In this document: positions 16,801-44,888 of the stretch, piece after piece
Position numbering within the stretch: position 1 is the stretch's first letter
How the letters are laid out: each line of letters begins with the position of its first letter
NCBI RefSeq assembly: GCF_009914755.1
Contig: NC_060939.1
Reading direction: 5' to 3' (one strand)
From: the human T2T-CHM13v2.0 reference genome, Homo sapiens
DNA length: 64,000 bases
Translations under genes and position numbers: made by a program
The notes under the pieces: generated by a model
Database searches by the model: none
Seen by the model: the letters and a program-made list of their open reading frames with translations, nothing else
What the model was told of the DNA's origin: nothing

Positions 16801-17463
16801 TGTTGGTTAACTATAAATGTAATATCTCTATGTTATAATTCTGTTGCTAATGTCTTTTTTCCAAGAAAATTTTGGCTAATATTTCTTTAGGTATTCCTTT
16901 TTCTCTCATAGTGAGGGATTAAAAAAAAAAAAAACTGTTGAAAAATTAGGGCGTAAAAATGCTAAATGACATGACTCATCATGGGCCACGTAGTTAACAG
17001 AAGAGCCAGATTTGGCTGCAAGTCACTAGATTTCCAGCCTGCAGTCCTCCTCTGCAACAACAGACCAGCTCTGGGATTTGTTACAGTGCCTGTGAGACAT
17101 TACAGGACTGGAGGACCCATATTATATCCATTAAACCAGTCTGAATTTGGAAATGATGGAGGGTGTAGTCTAAGTTGTAGGGAGCTTTGCAAGAACCTGT
17201 GCTGGGGTCCTTGATCCTGGTGGAATGGGGGTGGAGGAGTGAGCGCAAATGCAAGGGGTTAAGGAGGGAGCTGGGTAGTTATCACTTTTTAGAGTGCAAA
17301 GTGGTGGATTAAAGGTTTCTTTTCTTTCATTCTCTTCCATTATATGGAATGCCATCTGAGTGCTGTGGCTCATGAAGGATAGAACTCAGCTGATAACCTT
17401 ACCTCAGTTTTTGAAAGCATCATTAGATAATTGACCAGAAAATTTTTTTTAGTTAATCCAGTG

Positions 17464-18265
<802 letters not shown>

Positions 18266-18479
18266 TGAGCTCTCGAAGGGCAATGTGAGATTTGCTTTGT
18301 GGCCCTGCCAATCCCCTCCCTCCTCCCTGTCTTCCTGCCCACCCCCCCCCACTCCCCCGCCAGCCATGAGCAGGGAATATTTCAATGCTATTGCTGAGAG
18401 TGGAGGTAACCCTTTCTATAGTTTTCTTTTGTTTCTACCTCATGACTAGATGATTCACTGCTTGAACATGCTCCACACA

Positions 18480-19255
18480 TCCGTTCTTTCTCACTCCAAA
18501 ATTGAGGTCATCACCAAGCCCCATTAATTTTACCTCCCAGATTCCTCTCGAACCTATCTGTCAAATCTGTCCATCTTCACTGCCACCCTTCAGTACCAAA
18601 TGACCAGTCTCTTACCTGAATTCCTGTAGCAGCCTCCAAACTGATCTTCCTGATATGATTTTTGCTCTGAAAAAACTGGTTTCACTCACAGAAACCAGAG
18701 TGAACTTTTAAAATCCTAAATCGAATCACATCACTTCTCAGCAGCTTTCCATTGCTTTTAGAATGAAGACCCAAATCCTTACCCAGGCCTAAGAGGCCCT
18801 TGTGGTTTTGTCCCCTCCCCCTCCATCCTCTTGTGATATCCCCTTCCCTCTCCCTTGCCTCACCTCAGCACTCTTGAGTTCTCTGCTCCTTGGTCATGCC
18901 AAGGTTGTGTGCTCTTTAGACCCTTGGTACTAACTGTTCCCTCTGCCCAGAATGTTCCTCGCCCAGTCCTTTGTGTTGCCTCCTATTTGTCAACCAGGTT
19001 TCAGCCTAAACCTATCTCCTTAGGAAGACTTTCCCTAACTATCCCATCTAAATTAGTCACCCTCCATCACATTATCCTCTTTTTTCATCAAAGTCCTTAC
19101 ACCTGTCTGGCAATTTCTTATTAATTGATTTGTTTTTGGTAAACTCCACGAAAGGTGGGAGTCATTTCTCTTGTTTCCATTCTTTCCACAGCACTTAGAA
19201 CAGTGCCTGGCACATGGTAGGTGCTCAATATGTGTTTACTGGATGAATTAATGAG
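18480..19255 (+). mobile_element. L2 3' end remnant
   Basis: Ends acagtgcctggcacatggtaggtgctcaatatgtgtttactggatgaat, the typical L2 3' terminus. Confidence 0.7.
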
Positions 19256-19795
19256 TGCATGCTCATGGGCAAGGATCTCATTGTGCTGGAAAAGCAGCAG
19301 AGTGAGACAAAACTGGACAGGTGAGTGAAGGTCACACCAAGAAGGTTCTTAGCTGCCAAACTAAAGGGTTTGGATCTTACTCTCTGGAGAAAAGGGTGTA
19401 GCTAGTGGTTTTATAGGAGAGGAGAGGCGCGATCCGCACTTGAGAAGGTCAATTTGGCCGCTGTGTGTAGGTCATATTACGGAGAAAAAAACTAAAGGCT
19501 TTGAGACAATCCATGATGTAAAGGGCTTAGCACAGTGCCCAGCACGCAGTAGGTCTCCAGCGAGTCGTTATCACCAAGCACCAGGGCAGGCACCACAACA
19601 AAAAGATAAGATCCCTAACCCTTCTTTTACCTCGAAATAATTCCTCCTAGACCCTATCATCGCATTCCTTCTCTTCCCCTTTTGTCAAACTTCCACTCAC
19701 ATGTAGATATTCTCAGGGTTATCATGCCTAGGCCTTTTTAATAGGGCCACTTACCCTAGCATGCTTCTACAACTGGACCCTCAAAGGTCTTTTAG

Positions 19796-28890
<9,095 letters not shown>

Positions 28891-29141
28891 ACGTGTTAGT
28901 CTTTACATAACTGAATAGTGACTGAAGTCTTGCAGTTTCTACCTTGCCCTGCACTGGCATTATAAGTTGTAGTAGAAATGTCACTCATTGCTTGTAATCT
29001 CATGAGAGGCCTAGTTAGATTTTTCTGTACTCTACTTCCAGAGGAGCTTATAGGAAGGTGACTTTCCATAAAGGATGTGAGCTTTCTACCACCCAAATAT
29101 CAGTCGTAAAGAAAATGAGGAGTGATAAAGAAAGAAGGTAT

Positions 29142-29845
29142 TGAGAGGTGAAGCCAGCTGGGCTTCTAGGTTGGGTGGGGACTTGGAAAACTTTTCTGTC
29201 TAGCTAGAGGATTAAAAACGCACCAATCAGCACTCTTTGTCTAGCTAAAGTATTGTAAATGCACCAATCAGCACACTGTAAAAACGCACCAATCAGCACT
29301 CTGTGTCTAGCTAAAGGACTGTAAACGCACCAGTCAGCACTCTGTAAAATGGACTAATCAGCAGGATGTGGGTGGGGCCAAATAAGGCAATAAAAGCTGG
29401 CCAGCGAAGCCAGCAGCAGGCAACCCACTCGGGTGCCCTTCCATGCTGTGGAAGCTTTGTTCTTTCGCTCTTCACAGTAAATCTTGCTGCTGCTCACTCT
29501 GGGTCCGCACTACCTTCATGAGCTGTAACACTCAATGCGAGGGTCTGCGGCTGCATTCCTGAAGTCAGCAAGACCACAAACCCACCGGGAGGAACAAACA
29601 ACTCCAGATGAGCCACCTTTAAGAGCTGTAACACTCACTGCGAAGGTGTGCGGCTTCACTCCTGAAGTCAGTGAGACCACGAACCCACTGGAAGGAAGAA
29701 ACTCCGGACACATCTGAACATCTGAAGGAACAAACTCCGGACACACCATCTTTAAGAGCTGTAACGCTCACCGTGAAGGTCCGTGGTTTCATTCTTGAAG
29801 TCAGCGAGACCAAGCATCCACCAAAAGGAATAAATTCCAGACGCA
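29142..29845 (+). mobile_element. ERV9 solo LTR (LTR12 family), 704 bp
   Basis: TG...CA termini and 4-bp TSD GTAT (29138-29141 / 29846-29849). U3 repeats gcaccaatcagcac. U5 repeats gagctgtaacactcac...gaagtcagcgagacc. Confidence 0.92.
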
Positions 29846-29882
29846 GTATTTACAGCCCAGTGTCCACCCATTCCCCATGTAG

Positions 29883-30432
<550 letters not shown>

Positions 30433-32084
30433 CCATCAACTGTTCTCTTATCTGTGCTCCTAGATCTCTATCTTGATGTCTGAAAGCTTCTTGAGAGTGC
30501 TTTGTCAGGTCTATGTCCATCACATTCTTTGGTGGATGTGGCCTCACAAATCTTTCAACTCAGCCCTCTAGGTCCTCATGTGCATTAGTGGAGAATAGCG
30601 TTCACATATGTGGGCTTTGGGTCCAATGCAGTTTGAATCCTGAGTATGTCACTAACTAGTTGTGTAATTTTTGGAACATTGTTAACCTTTCTGATTTCAG
30701 TTTCCTTATCCTTAAATTGAAAATTCTAGTAGTTCCTACCTCATAGGATTGTTGTGAAGGTCAAATGAGATCAAATACTTACAACTGGACCTAAGGGGCA
30801 CTCATTATGAGTTAGCTGTTGTTACTAGTAACCCATTGTCATCCCTGTAGATGTTTCAGGGGTTTGCCGTGGGGAACCCTGCCATGCAGGCTTGTCTCAG
30901 GTTCTGACCCTGTGATGGGGTCTGGTGTTCCCTGCCTCGTTTACCGCTCTTTCCCCATACTTTGGTCTGACTCTCCAATGAGCTCATGATTCCTATGAGC
31001 GATTTCTGTCTCTTGATGAATCTTTAGATTTGTCCTTTGTCTTAGGCCTTGAGACTGCAGTAGAACCTTGTGGCCTATTCTAACCCCAGCCCGGAAACCA
31101 ATGCCCCAACTCCATTCTGGGCTGACTTCCTGGCTTCCTCCCACAACTTCCGGGTCTCTGTTTTTATATATTGTTCCTAGACTAGGATATGGGTGTTCAC
31201 AAATGTTTGTTGAAAGGTTTTCAGAGGCAATTAGGCATATTTAAGAAGTGAATGAACACCTGCTCATTGATATGCTGTCCATAAACTAGGACACGGTGTT
31301 GAATGATGATTTGACAGAGATTTTAGAATCAGAGAGATGGAAGCTTGATCCTAACTCTGAATCTTATGGCCTTAAGCAAAATATCTAACCTCTTTGTGCC
31401 TGTTTTCTCATTTGTAAAATGAGGATAATTATATTTCCTCATAGGGTTATTGTGAAGATTAAATGAGACAATATAAATAAAGCACCTAGCATTTTCTGGA
31501 ACATGGTAAGCAGTTGGTAAATAGCTGCAACTACCAACAGGTAGTTCAAAACTTTTCCTCCATCTGAAAAACCAAGAGTTGAAGAAATGGCTGAAGTTGG
31601 AATATCTGGCAGGAGCTGTGCTTAAACACAAGATCCGGAATATCTGAATATCTTTAGGACAAGATGAAATAGGTTTCTCTCAAATGAGTTGGTTAAGGAG
31701 TTAAGCAGTGATAGGTAACACTTGAAGTTTCACAAAGATGAAAACTGGTACTTGACAGACAGCCACTTGATGGTATTCTGAAGTTTACTGACCCTTTGTT
31801 CTATTTCTAGAACAAGGTGTTCTATCTCTTTGCCCAAGGTGTTCAAAGTATAGAGAAACAAAGAAGATCAGTAATTACATAGACCAAATGGAGTATCGGA
31901 TTTATTACGAACTACATCTGCTCAAAAGACTCATGAACTATATGGAGTTAGTCCTATCAGAGAGAAGCAGGGTATCCAGCTAGCTCATAGGCCTTTTTAT
32001 ACAAAAGTTTACCATTAGCATGTTTGGTAACATTACTTATAAGCCACCCCAACCCCCTCCCCACACACTCAAGTTTCCTTAAGT

Positions 32085-32610
32085 GTATGTATTAGTTTTC
32101 TATTGAAGTACAGGCAAGCTTGACTGGGTTCTTTGCTCAGAGTCTTACAAGGTCAAGATTAAAATATCCACTAGATTAAGGACTTATCTTGAGACTGTGA
32201 GGAGAATCTGCTTCCAAGCTCATTTAGGCTATAGGTAGAATCAAGTTCCTTGCAGTTATAGGTCTGAGGTCCCTGTTTCCTTGCTGACTATCAGTCAGGG
32301 GCCACTCTTAGCTTCTCGAGGCTGCTCTCAAGTCCTTTCCATGTGGACCCCTCCATATTCAATACCAGCAATGGCCCATTGAACCATCCCATGCTTTGAG
32401 TCTCTGACTTCTTTTGCCAGCTAAAGGAATCTCTCTACTTATAAATGGCTCATGTGATGACCAGGATAATTTCCCCATCTTAAGATCAACTGTTTAGTGC
32501 CTTAATTGCATCTGCAAAATCCCTTCAAAATAGTGCCTAGATTAGTGTTTGATTGAATAGCCAAGGATTGGGAATCTTGGGCAGTCATCTCAGAATTCTG
32601 CCTACACAGC
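32085..32610 (-). mobile_element. MLT1 (E-like) LTR
   Basis: tgtattagttttctattg...gagaatctgcttccaagctcatt...cagaattctgcctac. Confidence 0.65.
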
Positions 32611-32649
32611 ATGGTTACAATTTCCTGAAAAGCTATCCTGTGAGGCCTG

Positions 32650-35489
<2,840 letters not shown>

Positions 35490-37189
35490 ACAATTGTGTT
35501 ACTTCTCCATCTACTTTTCTCCTGGTAGCTGGCTAGTTTCTCTTAACACTGATTGTAAGACCTATCCTGATTTCAGAGGCATTTAAATATAAAAAAAATT
35601 GGGACTTATTTCTTGAAAATGTTGTACTTACTAGACAGTAAGACTTATTTCTGAAGATACCTGGTTTCTAAAAGTACTACTGGGAAATATAATAAATGAG
35701 GAAGTGATTAATTTTGCCTGGGGAGTAGGTGACATTTGAATTGGGTCTGGGAGGTTCAGTAGGAGTTTCCCAGGCAGATAATAGGCTAAAAGGTATTCCA
35801 AGCAAGGGAAACTTCTATTATGGTGCTTATCTCAAGATATCCTGTTAATATTGCTTGACTCCTCCTGGCTTGTAAATTCTTTGTGGTCATTAACCAATTT
35901 TGACTCCCAAAATGACCATTTACCTCATTATTTTGCCGTTTATTCATTTCATATTTACTAATTTTATTCATATTTATATTTGCTGACAAAATAGTATTTC
36001 CAGCAGCTCATTTTAAATACAGACAAGCAAGCAAGCAAACCCCACACAAATCCAGTGTAATAGCACTGCCTGGAGAAGCCACTGTTAATATATTGGTGTA
36101 TATACTTCAAGGCTTTATCTATTCATATGCACATATCCATCAATGTATCTATCTATCTAGCTACATTTAAAACAAAATGGTATCATATTTATTAGTCATA
36201 ATTTGATATATTAACTTAACCACAATATTAAAATATTGTACTGCCAGCCTGTACATTTTTTGCCTGCCCAGCCTCCCACTGAAGGAAATTATGCCCAGCT
36301 CATAGTTCTCTATGCTTAATTATCTGTATCTCCTGATCATAGTTGATTGAAGTAAAGGATCAGCATCCAATCTAAGGGCAGCCTGCCTGTGGGTGGTCAG
36401 AGATTTACCCACAGGGTGGAAAGCTGAGCTGGGTCAATCATATGCCACTCTATGGGTTATGGAGTTAGGCAATTGAGATGATCCTCAATGGAGCTGATGA
36501 TGTAAGGATACCATGACCTTCAGTCAAAGCCATGGCAAGGCAAGCAGAAACAAGAGTTGTGAGGGAACAGAAAAAATTAAATGGAGTAAGCTGGTTAGCA
36601 AAGAGTGGAGAGTAGAGCCAGCCTGTGGAAAAGCAGAGATGCCCAGAGAATGAAACCATGACTTCAAGCTTTCATTAGTCCTGTTTTTTTTTGTTTAGTG
36701 TAGTTTTGTTTTTGGTGCAGTTCCAGTCCATATAGGTCTGTATAAGAAAGGCCTCCCTTCCAGCCTTTTTTCCTCTAGAAGTAAAACTGTGCATGTCTGT
36801 TTCCTGTAGCCAGTCAAGCCTGACCAGACCACAGATCATCACTGTTCATGGCTATATGGCATTCTATTGTGTATAGCTGCCATCACTGATTTAAACACCT
36901 ACTGATGGACATTTGAGTAATTTCCAAGGAGCATCTTCATGGATAACTTTTGCACATTTAATAAAAGCACGATATCCTTATGATACATTCCAAGAAGTGA
37001 AGTTTTTTGGTTGAAGAATAGATGCATAATGATAAGCTGGTCTTTAGAAAGACTATATTAATTTATTGCCTACTAACATTGCATAAGAGTGGTTGCTTTT
37101 TCACCCCCTTGCCAATAATATCAATTAAAAAGACAAACCAAAATGTTGCTACATATGATAGGCAAGAAGTGATATGTGGCATGTTATCT

Positions 37190-39731
<2,542 letters not shown>

Positions 39732-39809
39732 CTAGTAGGCATAATTTTAAATATTTGAAGATGTTGAATTAACTGAGTGAGACTTAAAAAAAAATTTTCA
39801 GGAAATTTC

Positions 39810-40152
39810 AGAATGCTCTATGTCCTCGTTGCCATTGCGGCTGCCTTTCTCAAGAATGCCTGGCCTAAGGAGCGGGTGCTGGTCCTGTTCCTCACCATCG
39901 GGGGCCTAGCTATAAATCTGACCCCAGTCTGCCCCTATACCATGTACTCCACCAGGATCAACTAGGCCACGCCCCACAACAACCCAGTGCCCCTCCGAGA
40001 TGATGGGAACATGCTGGACATGCCCAGCCACCCCCAAGGCCCAAGCATGGAGTGGTTGAAGAAACTGCAAGCACTTCCATTGACATGGAGAAGACCATGT
40101 CCCCTGTGGCCCCCAATAAAAATGTGACCCCCCCGCCTCCGAAATAAATAAA
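39810..40152 (+). pseudogene. NDUFA3P4: Processed pseudogene of NDUFA3 (complex I subunit B9); probably NDUFA3P4
   Basis: Translates as AFLKNAWPKERVLVL...GGLA...[37 protein letters not shown]. Intronless, in-frame TAG at 39963-39965, native start absent, AATAAA at 40115-40120, A-rich tail remnant. The P-number is from memory. Confidence 0.88.
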
Positions 40153-40848
40153 TCATTCAGTTTCTGAAAAGTGTTTGGTAAAATGTGCTAGACTTATAAA
40201 TAGAATAATACAATTTGTAAAGTGAACTTAAAAGCTTAAGAATGAAATAACTTTTTACTTTGTAGGCTTAATAAATGAAACCCTTGCCCACTTTTCTACA
40301 GGGGTGTTTTGTTCTTACAGGTTTTCAAGTATCTTTAATAGTCTGAAGGAAGAGTGAATACATTGAAAATAGCTGGAGCAAAACATCTGGAGTCAGGCTA
40401 TGATTTGGCATGCTAAATCATGCTGAACTTGGCCCATTATCTTGAAGGGAGGAATAGAAAAAAAAATTTAAAAAGAGAAACACAATTGCATTTGCACTTT
40501 AGAGAGAACACCCTGATAACTGTGAGGATCTAGTTGGCAGAAGGGCGACTACAGTGTAATCACAACAGGGATGGAGACAAAAGTAGACATCTCAGAAATA
40601 AACACAGATTGGATGTAGGGTGCGAGGCAAGGAGCCTGGGGTGTTCCCACTGGGAATTGAGTACTTCTGTGAATAGAGAATATAGCAGGAGCAGGGTCAG
40701 TATTTGACACGTGGGATTTGAAGTGTCTGCCCTATACACAGGTGAAAGTGTTCATTAGCTGAAAATACTGAGGGACTTCCAGACGATCTGGTCTGGTGAT
40801 ACATATCGAGGGGTCCTCAGCAGTTATAGGCGAGTGTAGAAAAGATTA

Positions 40849-41619
<771 letters not shown>

Positions 41620-41929
41620 TTAAAAAGAACTTGCAAAGAACAATGTCAAGGGATCCAAAGGTAGGGAATTTGGACAGAGTTCGGCTTTAGCATCCGCATC
41701 TCAAATACCTGGGTACCTGGGTAATCTGGTGACTGCTGCCGAATCTAAGAGGACTGAGGCCAGGTTGCCAAACTGCGGAGAGTGGGGTTGGAGGGCTTTC
41801 ATGGCAGTTTGGGGCCTGCTTGTGTCCAACAAGACAACCTGGGTCACCTCAAAGGGTGTCTTCTCCAAATATTGGTGCAGAGGTTAGCTGGGCCGGCAAG
41901 AGAAGGGAGATGACCCACTATTTTGATTT

Positions 41930-42900
41930 CAGGCAGCAGACACCGGCAGCCTTTCGGTTAGAGTTGCGGATAGGGCAGTGGCCTTGGGGGCGGGGCTATA
42001 AACCTGGGCGGGCATTCCCGGCAGGGCAAGCTCAGCGTGAGCCCGATTGGAGGATGGGCTCTACCTTCTTCCTTCCGCCTACGGAGACCATAGCGGGATG
42101 CAGGGCGGGGCCGGGCTGAGGGGGCGGAGTTAGGGGCGGGGCACGGTGACTCTGGCCCCGCCTCTTTCCGGCCGCTCAGGGCGGTGTCGCTGGGGCGGTG
42201 CCGCTGGGGCGGGGCCTGCGGGGTGGGGCTGACGGCACGGGGCGGGGCCTCGGGGACCCCGGCAAGCCCGCGCACTTGGCAGGAGCTGTAGCTACCGCCG
42301 TCCGCGCCTCCAAGGTTTCACGGCTTCCTCAGCAGAGACTCGGGCTCGTCCGCCATGTCCGCCGCAGACGAGGTTGACGGGCTGGGCGTGGCCCGGCCGC
42401 ACTATGGCTGTGAGTGCGGGGCTCCGCGGCGCGGGGGCTTCGGGCTGGGCTAATTGCAGACGAGGCGCGATTTTCCTGGGGGCTCGGCCGGGCGGGTGGG
42501 GCAGGGCGGCTGCCGGCAGCTCGGACCCGGAAGAGCCGTCCCGGTGGGGCGGCGGGCGGCGGGCGGGGAGGCCCCTGGTTCGCGCCCCCTCGGGGTCCGA
42601 GGCGGCGGAGAGGACCCCCGAGGCCTCCCGCCTTAGCTGGGGCCGCGGTAGGGGGAGCCCCACCCAGCGCCTCTCGCCGCCCAGGCTCGGCCGAGATTGG
42701 GGAAGACGGCCTAGAGTGAGGTGGCAGGATGACCGCGCAGGGCGTGTCCCGGGGATTGGGGGTCTGGGTACGCGGGCTCTGCCCGTTTCGTGGAAAGGCG
42801 CTGCCCTAGTGTTGCCTGCGGGGTAGACCCAAGGGATAGACCAGGGTCCAGACCTGTCCGGTCCCAGGCTAGCTACGAGGTGCCGTCCTGGGCAAGTCAC
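41930..42900. promoter_or_regulatory. IQGAP1: IQGAP1 CpG-island promoter with a GC-box array
   Basis: Very CpG-dense. At least 7 GGGCGG boxes between 41987 and 42250. Inverted CCAAT at 42046-42050. Confidence 0.92.
42355..42409 (+). CDS. IQGAP1: IQGAP1 exon 1 coding part: MSAADEVDGLGVARPHYG-S
   Basis: cgccATG context, recognised IQGAP1 N-terminus, donor GTGAGT at 42410, phase 1. Confidence 0.96.
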
Positions 42901-44788
42901 TTCAGTTTTCTCGGGCTTAGTTCCCTCCTCAAGATTTCAAAAGTAAAATAGTAATAAAGAAAAAAAAAAGAAGCAGAAAATCCTCTGACTTCCTCATTTT
43001 CTGTTGTCGGCCCTGGACGTCATTGAACTGCAGGCAGGATTGGCTAAAGGAGGACCCTTTGGGATTTTGAGGTTTTCGGTTTTATTTTATATTGTGGGAA
43101 TAATGTTCTTTTTTAAAGGATCAACATTTCACGCATCAACAGTTATACGTGAGGTATTGTGCCACGTTTGTGAAATTAAAGATGAGTAAGATCAGGCCCT
43201 GTCTCCAAAGAGCGTTTTAATCAGAGAGTCAGGTGTGCAAGCTAATGATTATAAGGTGCAATAATGATAAAAGATGCTGAACTTACTAGCCATACAGAGT
43301 AATGTAGGTAAGGAGAAGGGGCCTGGGGAAGACAGTATGAGCACGGGAGGTGACTTTTTTTTTTTTTTTTTTTTGGAGACAGGGGGTCTTGCTCTGGTCG
43401 CCCAGCCTGGAGTTCAGTGGTGCAATCTCAGCTCACTGCAAACTCCACCTCCCAGGTTCAAGCGATTCTCCTGCAGTCTCCCGAGTACAGGCGTCGGCCA
43501 CCACACTGGCTAATTTTTGTATTTTTAGTAGAGACAGGGTTTCACTGTGTTGGTCAGGCTGGTCTCAAACTCCTGATCTCAAATGATCCCCACGCCTCGA
43601 CCTCCCAAAGTGTGAGCCACTGCACCTGGCCTGAAGGTGACATTTGAACAGAGCCTTGAAGAATGCTGTGTAGAAAGTTTGACAGGTGGCCAGGCATAGT
43701 GACTCCTGCGTGTAATCCCAGCACTTTGGGAGTCCGAGGTGAGAGGATAGTTTGAGGCCTTGAGTTTGAGACCAGCCTGGGCAGCACAGTGAGACTCCAT
43801 CTCTTAAAAAAAAAAAAAAAAATTAGCCAGGCGTGGTGGCCCATGCCTGTGGTCCCAGCTGCTTGGGGCTGAGGTAGGAGGATCATTTGAGCCCAGAAAG
43901 TCGAGGCTGCAGTAAGCCATGATTGTGCCACTGCACTCGAGCCGGAGTGACAGAACAAGACCCTGTCTCAAAAAAAAAAAAAAAAAAGTTTGATAGGGCA
44001 TGTGGAACAAGAGACAGGACCTGAGGGAAGAGCATAAACAAAGGTATTGAAAGTAGAGGGATACTGTGTTGGGAACTGAGTGATGTAGACTGCACAGTGG
44101 TGGGAGGAAGGGAAGAGGAGAGTTTCCAAAAATAGTTGGGACCAGACTGGGAAAGGCCTTGAATGCCTTCCCAAGGAGTTAGGAATTTATTCCACACCTG
44201 GTGCCCATGAAGGAAGCAGATTGCTTCAAGGTTAAGCTCAGGCTTTGGAGACAGACTCTCCAGGTTTGGATTCAGGCCCTGTCACTTATTTGCCATGGGG
44301 CTGAGTTCACCCAGCCTCAGTTTCTTCGTCTGTAAAATAGGAGTGATAATCACAGGATTGTTGTGGGGTTTCAATGAGAGAATGCGTGTAAAATGCTTCG
44401 TACAATTACTGCCACTTATGTCTCAATAACTGCTGGCTTTGGTCATTAATAAAAGAGGGAAACAATATTATCAGATCTGTATTTAGAAGGAGTTCTGGCA
44501 GATAGGGACAGATTTGTGCCAAAATCTCAAGACAGTATTTTTCAAGATTACACTGAAACTTAGTACATATTTATATTATCATACATTTTTAAAAAGGTCA
44601 AGATGATTATAGTTGAAACCACATAGTTCTTTTTTTAAGAAAGTCATTGTAGTACACCTGGCTGGCTACACACTCATTAGTTATCCTGACTTTCTAGGTG
44701 AGTGGCAGGAAATTGATTCTGTGGCAATCTTTTATCACTCAGGAAGGCTACAGATCCTGGTGTTTACATTCTTTCTTTTATGTTGTAG

Positions 44789-44888
44789 CTGTCCTGGATA
44801 ATGAAAGACTTACTGCAGAGGAGATGGATGAAAGGAGACGTCAGAACGTGGCTTATGAGTACCTTTGTCATTTGGAAGAAGCGAAGAG
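44789..44888 (+). CDS. IQGAP1: IQGAP1 exon 2: VLDNERLTAEEMDERRRQNVAYEYLCHLEEAK-R (lead-in to the calponin-homology domain)
   Basis: Acceptor ttgtag|, donor gag|GTAAAG, 100 nt, in frame with exon 1. No further coding exon recognised before the window ends. Confidence 0.96.

Noticed and set aside
29200-29830. Spaced direct repeats that look like a CRISPR or regulatory array
   Set aside because: These are the normal U3 and U5 repeats of LTR12. The DNA is human and has no cas genes.
40400-40421. Near-palindrome atgatttggcatgctaaatcat
   Set aside because: Imperfect and isolated. No function can be argued from sequence alone.
41820-42900. 100-202 aa ORFs on both strands over the IQGAP1 promoter (similar ones at 5632-6755)
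   Set aside because: GC-rich CpG-island DNA lacks stop codons. The products are low-complexity P/R/G/A, and many starts are not ATG.
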